Assembly: GCA_951406725.2 (NCBI GenBank)
Contig: OX597817.1
Span: 149,420,001-149,484,000 of the forward strand
Reading direction: 5' to 3'
Source of the DNA: Octopus vulgaris
Lineage: Eukaryota
DNA: 64,000 nucleotides
Part shown: positions 56,180 to 64,000 of the stretch, piece after piece
Layout: the number at the start of each line of letters is the position of its first letter
Position numbering within the stretch: position 1 is the stretch's first letter
The notes under the pieces: generated by a model
Database searches by the model: none
What the model was told of the DNA's origin: nothing
The model's input: the letters and a program-made list of their open reading frames with translations, nothing else
Made by a program: the position numbers and the translations under genes

Positions 56180-56335
56180 TTATCTTCATAAGCCTATCCA
56201 ACCGTGACAACCGTGCTTTTTAGGGGCTGTGTCTAGGATTACATTATCCAAAGTATGTTTTCCTTATCTAAGACGAAAGGCAATGTGGCCAGGAAATTTT
56301 AGCCGTTATTTCTAGGCGGTCAAGAGATCCCACAA
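56180..56335 (-). mobile_element. Family E repeat
   Basis: ccaaccgtgacaacc...tctaggattacattatcca...ttagccgttatttctagg. Confidence 0.5.
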
Positions 56336-56506
56336 AATTGATTTAGTTGACGATCATGGGCCGTCGCTCACGAGTTCTTAGTTATGGCTTATTTCAAGTT
56401 CATATATATCAGAGCATTAGCGGCGTTCCCACCACCAAATGGACAGGGCGAGTATCTTACTACAGCAACGATGAAATCATAAACGCATTTACATAAATGT
56501 AAGGTG

Positions 56507-56555
<49 letters not shown>

Positions 56556-56624
56556 GTGTGTGTGTGTAGATGTGTGTGTGTTTCACAATGGTGCTGACGT
56601 CATATACATGCGTCAACGTTTTAG

Positions 56625-56890
56625 AGTGTCTTCTGCTATAGCCTCGGGTCGACCAAAGCCCTGTGATTGGATTTGGTAGACGGAAACTGAAAGAAACCCG
56701 TCGTATCTACATGTGTGTGTGTGTTAGTGCACTTGCGCCCCCGTAACTTAGCGGTTCGGCAAAACAGACCAATAGAATAATTACTAGGCTTAAAAAGAAT
56801 AACTCCTAGAGTCAATTTGTTCCAATAAAGGCAGTGCTCCAGCATAGCCGCTGTCAAAAGAGTGAAACAATTAGAAGAATAAAAGAATAA
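56625..56890 (+). mobile_element. 5'-truncated family A SINE
   Basis: Runs from agtgtcttctgctatagcctcggg to the tail. Confidence 0.88.
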
Positions 56891-56926
56891 TATGTAAATA
56901 TGTATGTGTATATATAAGTATGCATG

Positions 56927-56994
<68 letters not shown>

Positions 56995-57828
56995 TTCATT
57001 CCTCTTTGATTGACTTTCAGTCTTTTGGGTGGAATAATAGGTAAGTGGAAACTATAAAGAAACTTGTTGAATTTATTGTACTTGTAAATCAAGGATCACG
57101 TTGATTCTACTCGAGAATTAGTTAACATTACACGTGTCTTCGGAATACTCAGCCATTTCGAATTTAATTCAATGTGAAAGTTGTTCAGGTGATCGAACAA
57201 GTGGGTACTTCTATATTGGTTTTAACGGAAGTGTCTTTCATGTCGTATGTTAGCAGCGTATGAAGAATCTATTATCACGATGTGGATAGTTTTAATATTA
57301 TTTTATATTGAGTAAAGCTGTATATTAATGATAACTGAGCAATATGTTATAGTAAATTAACTTCATTGTAATGTTTAAATATTATTTCATGGTCATTTTC
57401 GAGCGCAGTTTGCGCATTATTTCTATGAAACATGTAACCTTCATACAATTATGCGCAAAGACATTTGACATGAAATTTATGAGCAAAGCATGAGATGATA
57501 AGTTATGTAAATGGCATAGAGATCTAACGACCAGTAACTAGATTATTGGTCAAGAAATATGAAGGTCTGACATAATATTAATGATTCATAGGTTTTGGTC
57601 TTGTATTATTACATTAACAACCAATGTGCTTGGAGAATTGTTGCGACATTAATGAAGAAACAGAGCGTAAGAGTTAGTGCCGCCTCTGTAATGGCTATAG
57701 TTAACTTATTAATATATAACTGTGGTTCCGGTCAGTCGCGGAGATTAGGTGTGAGCACATCATCAACTTAACGCTTCCTACAAGTCTTAGGCCAATGTAG
57801 AGTTTATGAAACATTGGCTAGTCCCATA

Positions 57829-58257
57829 GGCGCAGGAGTGGCTGTGTGGTAAGTAGCTTGCTTACCAGCCACATGGTTCCGGGTTCAGTCCCACTGCGTG
57901 ACACCTTGAGCAAGTGTCTTCTACTATGGCCTCGGGCCGACCAAAGCCTTGTGAGTGGATTTGGTAGACGGAAATTGAAAAGAAGCCCGTCGTATATATG
58001 TATATGTATATGTGTGTGTGCGTGTGTGTGTGTGTATATGTGTATATGTGTGTGTCTGTGTTTGTCCCCCCAACATCGCTTGACAACCGATGCTGGTGTG
58101 TTTACGTCCCCGTAGCTTAGTGGTTCGGCAAAAGAGACCGATAGAATAAGGACTAGGCTTACAAAGAATAAGTCCTGGGGTCGATTTGCTCGACTAAAGG
58201 CGGTGCTCCAGCATGGCCGCAGTCAAATGACTGAAACAAGTAAAAGAGTATAAGAGT
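57829..58257 (+). mobile_element. Full-length family A SINE (young)
   Basis: A and B boxes, internal TA/TG tract and agtaaaagagt tail. Confidence 0.94.
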
Positions 58258-58640
58258 CAGTTGGGCATCGAGCAGAATCAGAGTGATCCTTGATTTACAA
58301 GTACAATACATCCAACAGGCTTCTTTACAGTTTCCACTTACCTATTATTCCACCGACAAGACTAAAAGTCAGTCCAAGAGGAATGAATGTGTGTACAGCG
58401 GTAGAAATAATTGTCCAGCAGACATAGGTACTATACTCAGAGTGCCACTTTTGATTTATACTCGTGATTATCGGAAGAGAACTTGGTTATATAAATATCT
58501 GCGTCGGTACGAATCTTCAGACACAAAGCTAATTAAGAATTTACAATGAGACTGCAGATCCTAACTTATTAAGATAAATGAGAAGCAATATTATTTCATA
58601 TGCATTCATGTCTCACACGGTCTATCTACCTATCTATCTA

Positions 58641-58946
58641 TTTTTATTTATTTATGCGCCCTTTTCAAGCCTAGCCAGGCTCATGGGCCCGGTTTCCCGG
58701 TTTCTGTGGCGTATGTGTTCCCCCCACCTGGACGGGGTACCAGTCCATCGCAGCGTTACTCTAGAAACAGGAAGAAAGAGTGAGAGAAAGTTGGGGCGAA
58801 AGAGTACAACAGGGGTCGCCACCACCCCCTGCCGGAGCCTCGTGGAGCTTTTTTAGGTATTTTCGCTCAATAAACACACACAACGCCCAGTCTGGGAATC
58901 GAAACTGCGAGTCCGCTGCCCTAACCACTGGGCCAATGCGCCTCCA
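58641..58946 (-). mobile_element. Family C SINE with tail T2
   Basis: Head and body as in 8771-8960. Tail as in 32876-32950, ending in (taaa)n. Confidence 0.87.
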
Positions 58947-60484
58947 TCTGTCTGTCTATACCTTGAGGTATTTCGCTAAGTCTTCATTATCACTTTATCT
59001 TCCGCTAGAGTGGAATTTGCCTTTCATCCTTCCAAGGTTGATAAAATATAGTACCCGTCAAATATTGGGGTAGTTATAATCAAGAATTGTTACCTCAAAT
59101 TGTGTAACTTGGTGTCAACATTAGAACTCATTATAGAAAATTATAGCATTGTTACATGAAGCGACATGTGGCCTTTAGGAAAATCCTTTCTCTGTATTTA
59201 TTCAAAAGTCTTGCAGCTATATAAGAAAGTGCTACGACGCTACCAGAACACTTCAAAGTTACAACTGTATTTCGGTAGATGTGTAAATTTATGCATAGTT
59301 ATGTACTTATGAATCTGTATCAAGGCGTTTGTGAGTTTGGAGAGTTTTCCGCAGGGAGTAGAGACTGATGTTTGGGCAGTGCCCTTTCGTCCGAGCGAAA
59401 AGACAAAAAAAAAACAATTACTTTGTCTGTCTCTCTTTTCCCCGTCTGTCTCTCTCCCGCTCTCTTTATTTCTCTCTGTCTTTCTCATACAGATGCTAGC
59501 ATAATCTCAAAACGTCAAATTCGTTCTCGTCCCATCGCATACGTACTTCACTATTTAACTTTTATCGGTGCACATCAGCACCGGTTCCCCTTTCATGTAA
59601 GTCTGTTAGAATCTCCATATATGTATCCACCTCAGATGATATTACGTACTTGCCTATCATCGACTTTACAACTACACTTGTTATTTGTTATTTACGTATG
59701 TTTTCTCTATATATATACATAATTGTCTGTGTGTCAAAATCAGTATAGTTTTTTATTATATCGTTGCCTATGTGTTTCTTTATATATTTGCATATGTGTG
59801 TGACTAGGTCAGAATATGTGTGTGTTGTGTGTGCGCCTGCTTCTACGTGTATGCTTTTTGTATGTGTATGCAAGCCAGAATGTCTGAACATCTCTGAAAC
59901 ATGAGTATTGAAACCATTTCTTTATTAGATATAGATAAATCTAGTTTTCTATTTTTCTATTTTTTCTCTCTTCCTTTTCTTTTTTTTTTTTTTACGTCTA
60001 CTTAAAGAATCCTAATGACTGTATGAGGATGATAGAGGATCCTTAACTTAAACGTTTTAAGTCGCATTGAATAGGGAAAATTTGTGATAAATGGGGGACA
60101 TTTATAATAGCTGTCCTCTCACAACCCATAGTCTAAGACACGGATTACAAAAATACGAATGAAATAACAGGATTAATGGCAGATATTCGTGGTTTGATTC
60201 TATGACGACTATAATAGAATGGAGTCATGGCTTACTGCAGTCGATCTAGCGCAGTAAACTGCCGACTTTCGTGATGTGTTCTGGATTGAACAATTGCAAG
60301 ACTGACAAATGGTAGTGTGTTACAAGCAGCAGATCGTATTAGTCAGGCAATACTGAATAATCGAAATAGAATAGGTTTGCTTTTTTTGTCATCAGGTCAT
60401 TCAATGAATTTCCAAAACTAATGTTGTAGTCTTGCTACGTCTTTCTTCTTTAATATTTCATCAGATTTCATTAAACTGATTACT

Positions 60485-60699
60485 TCCTCTCTCTCTCTAT
60501 CTCCCCATCTCTCTCTCCCTCTCCCTTTCTTCCTCTCTTTCTCCCTCTCTTTTTCCCTCTCTCTCACTCTCTCGCCTTCCTTTATTTCAGTATTTCACCT
60601 TTCATTTTCTCTCATTATTTTCTATTTGTAGTCAGATTGGTTCCTATCTTTCTCTGTGTGACTATCAATCTAACAAACTGGCTGTCTATTCATCGATTT

Positions 60700-60775
<76 letters not shown>

Positions 60776-61630
60776 GTTCCTCTCTCCCTCTCTATCTATC
60801 TCTATCTATCTATTTATCTATCTATCTATCTCTATCTATCTAACTTTCTCCGTTTTCTGTCTGGTTCTCTTTTATCCTCCTTTGATCTCAACTTCCTTCC
60901 TAATTTTCTCCTTTTCTTTTCACTCTTATTCACTCTTAATTTCCTCAATATCCTCACACCCCATCCACCTACTATTCACTTCTTTCCTATATTTTGAACT
61001 ACCCAATCACCCAATACAGCCACTCACTACTATCATTATTTCCCTTGTTTATTCAGGAGGTAATTATCCGTTTAAACTATCCAAAAATCAAAACCTACAC
61101 TTTCATACAATACCACTCGTTTCGTACATATATTTTGTGAGTTGTCTACCTACTTATTTACTAAGGAACTCAGCAAGACATATACTAAATTAAGCCTCGC
61201 TTTCGAAGGAGATATTTTTGTATTTTCTATACCAGGAAAACGAATGAATACAAGGATTTCTCCGTTAGATTAAGAAATCTTATCAGTGATAGCTCCCTCG
61301 GGATAATCGTGGTTAATAAGGTTAATGGTTTTAAAAGATGACAATCTCGACAATCTCCAGAAAACTAATGAAATCAAATAAAAACAAAAAAGTATATAAC
61401 AAAAAAGAAATTAGTGAACAGTTTTGCTTACAGCACACAAGGTACTAAAGATATTGTTGATGTCTGGGAAATACTTTCTGCTCAATAATGATGATGCTGA
61501 TGATGATGACGGTGGTGGTGATGGTGATGATATGCAATTATACATGTGCATTTGTAGATTTTTACAATTTTATACATATACACAGAGTGTGTGAGTGTGT
61601 GTATATTTTATACACACACATGTTAGGTGG

Positions 61631-61667
<37 letters not shown>

Positions 61668-61809
61668 TATATGTATGTGCACGAATATGGGTATGCATAT
61701 ATATATATGAACATACATGTATATATAAGTGTATATATACATGCATATATATATATAATGTATTGATATGCATATATATGTGTTTATATGCATATATGTG
61801 TATATATGC

Positions 61810-61857
<48 letters not shown>

Positions 61858-61980
61858 TTATACACATATATGCATATGTATATCTACATAATGTAAATGT
61901 ATAAGCACACAAATATGAACATATACATATACACATACATACAAACACATATAATGCATACATACATATATATACATACA

Positions 61981-62061
<81 letters not shown>

Positions 62062-62804
62062 ATATATGTATATATATATTTGTTGAGAGTGTAAGAGATA
62101 AGAATGACTGTTGCTAAATATAACAACATTTTCCCACTCAGTTTGCATAAACGTGTGCATATATACGTCTAGGTATATGCGCATGTTCATACGAACGTGT
62201 GTATTTGTATAAAAAGAAATAAAATGGACGGGAAAGAGAAGAACAAAGACAACAAGATGGAAAAGAGAAGAAAATTCCGTGTGTGCGTTTGATAAGTTTG
62301 CTAACACATCATGTGTGATTGTTTATATGTGATAAACACCTTTTTTTTTTTATTCTGTCAATGATACGTTTAGAAATCTTTATTTTGCAAATGGTAAAAT
62401 ACTTAAAATGCTAAGATGAACATATGAAGTCGAACAAACGTATATCATCGCTCTCATTGTTCATCTGCAACTATCAGCTTGTTTGGGGAGTATGTATTAA
62501 TGCCGTCCACTGTTTACACAAATGCTACAGCTCGATAGTCTTTTCATTTATAATATATCCGTTGTCCAAATCACCGTGATCACATAGATTTGAAATCTTC
62601 CAGTTGACTGCAGAGAGAGAGAGAGACAGAGAGACAGAGAGACAGAGGTGAGGGAGAAGAGAGACAGAGAGACTGAATAAGAGTGACAGAGGGGAGAGAC
62701 ACACACACACACAGAAGAAGGTTAGAAAAAGAAATCGATAGGCGTGAATGTATGTATGCATGGATGGATATATATGTATACATGCATGTATGTATGTATG
62801 TATG

Positions 62805-62835
<31 letters not shown>

Positions 62836-62902
62836 GTATGCATGCATGTATGTATGTATGTATGCATTTGGGTGGAGAGATGGATGGATGGATGGATGGA
62901 TG

Positions 62903-62985
<83 letters not shown>

Positions 62986-63604
62986 GAGACTGATATTTGA
63001 CTGAAATGATATCAAATATATTTAAATATAGCAATTATTTTAATACGTTTTTACGTTTTTTCTGTTGTTTTTTTTTTGCGTGGGTTGCTTGCTTACTTGC
63101 TTATCTTTTTTAATTTCAAATTCAAATTAATAAATATTAGCCTAGTTGGAATATATACAGCTGAAGACTGACCAAAATAATAGCAAATCGCATCATATAT
63201 TTAGATAAGTTTTTAGGTAAGTGTATGCACAACATCTTCCACAGTCCACAAAATATGTTATCAGTCAATAACGCGGATAGATTTGTTGACTGTAACCCTT
63301 CTCTGAACATGTGTCCTTCTGCCTGCGTAAGAAACCATTATTGTTTTGATACTTGAGGATGTCTTTAAACGAATTTTATCTACAGTTCGTTAAAGTAAAC
63401 TTATAGAAATGAAATAAAATGTATTTATTGGAAAGGAAATGGAAGTGAAAGTATGGAAAATATATACAGGGCGATAGTAAGTGAAAAAAAAAGCGTTATT
63501 TTAAAATGTGAATTAATAAATATTCTGCTAAAATCAACTGTAAAAATGAAAGCTTGAAGGAAATATCTAGAAAGTTGTATTAGTAGATAGATAGATAGAT
63601 AGAC

Positions 63605-63697
<93 letters not shown>

Positions 63698-63943
63698 CGA
63701 GAAAATGCCATTTTATTAGAAGGTAAGTAAATAGATGAACAGATAAAATTGTGAACATCTGCGTGTGTATACATACATACATATATATATATACATACAC
63801 ACACATGTATTGAAACGTGATGCATACGTATATACACACATTACAAGCAGACATACATAGACATGATGTGTGTTTTGCGCGCGCTATTGTAGATAGGTAA
63901 CTTAACAATGTCGCTTACTTAAGTGCATGTGTGTGTATATAAA

Positions 63944-64000
<57 letters not shown>
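60485..64000. repeat. Multiple simple-repeat tracts ((TC)n, (TA)n, (TATG)n, (GATA)n, terminal (GT)n) with AT-rich spacers
   Basis: Directly visible at about 60485-60840, 61570-62080, 62612-62985, 63585-63697 and 63948-64000. Confidence 0.9.

Overview
AT-rich, extremely microsatellite-dense eukaryotic non-coding DNA (intron or intergenic). The repeat content suggests an octopus/coleoid cephalopod, which is an inference. No host protein-coding exon, tRNA or rRNA gene, or CRISPR array can be supported. Nearly all ORFs in the track are translations of (TA)n, (CA)n, (TATG)n, (GATA)n, (TC)n or (TAA)n tracts, or of SINEs. The window holds: (1) many tRNA-headed SINEs in several families with informal labels: A has an internal microsatellite, B is multimeric, C/D swap 3' tails, E and F are old or partial; (2) three non-autonomous Helitrons; (3) small mariner-, pogo- and piggyBac-type MITEs; (4) two 5'-truncated remnants of restriction-like-endonuclease (R4/Dong-type) LINEs, one inside (TAA)n and one inside (CATA)n; (5) short unique islands between (TA)n tracts that carry hammerhead-ribozyme motifs or long inverted repeats, resembling Penelope-like elements. 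The most notable items are an intact-looking type I hammerhead at 49954-50031, a putative (CATA)n-targeting retroelement, apparent Helitron 3' end bypass, and combinatorial head/tail swapping among SINEs. Coordinates of degenerate repeats are approximate because they were read by eye.
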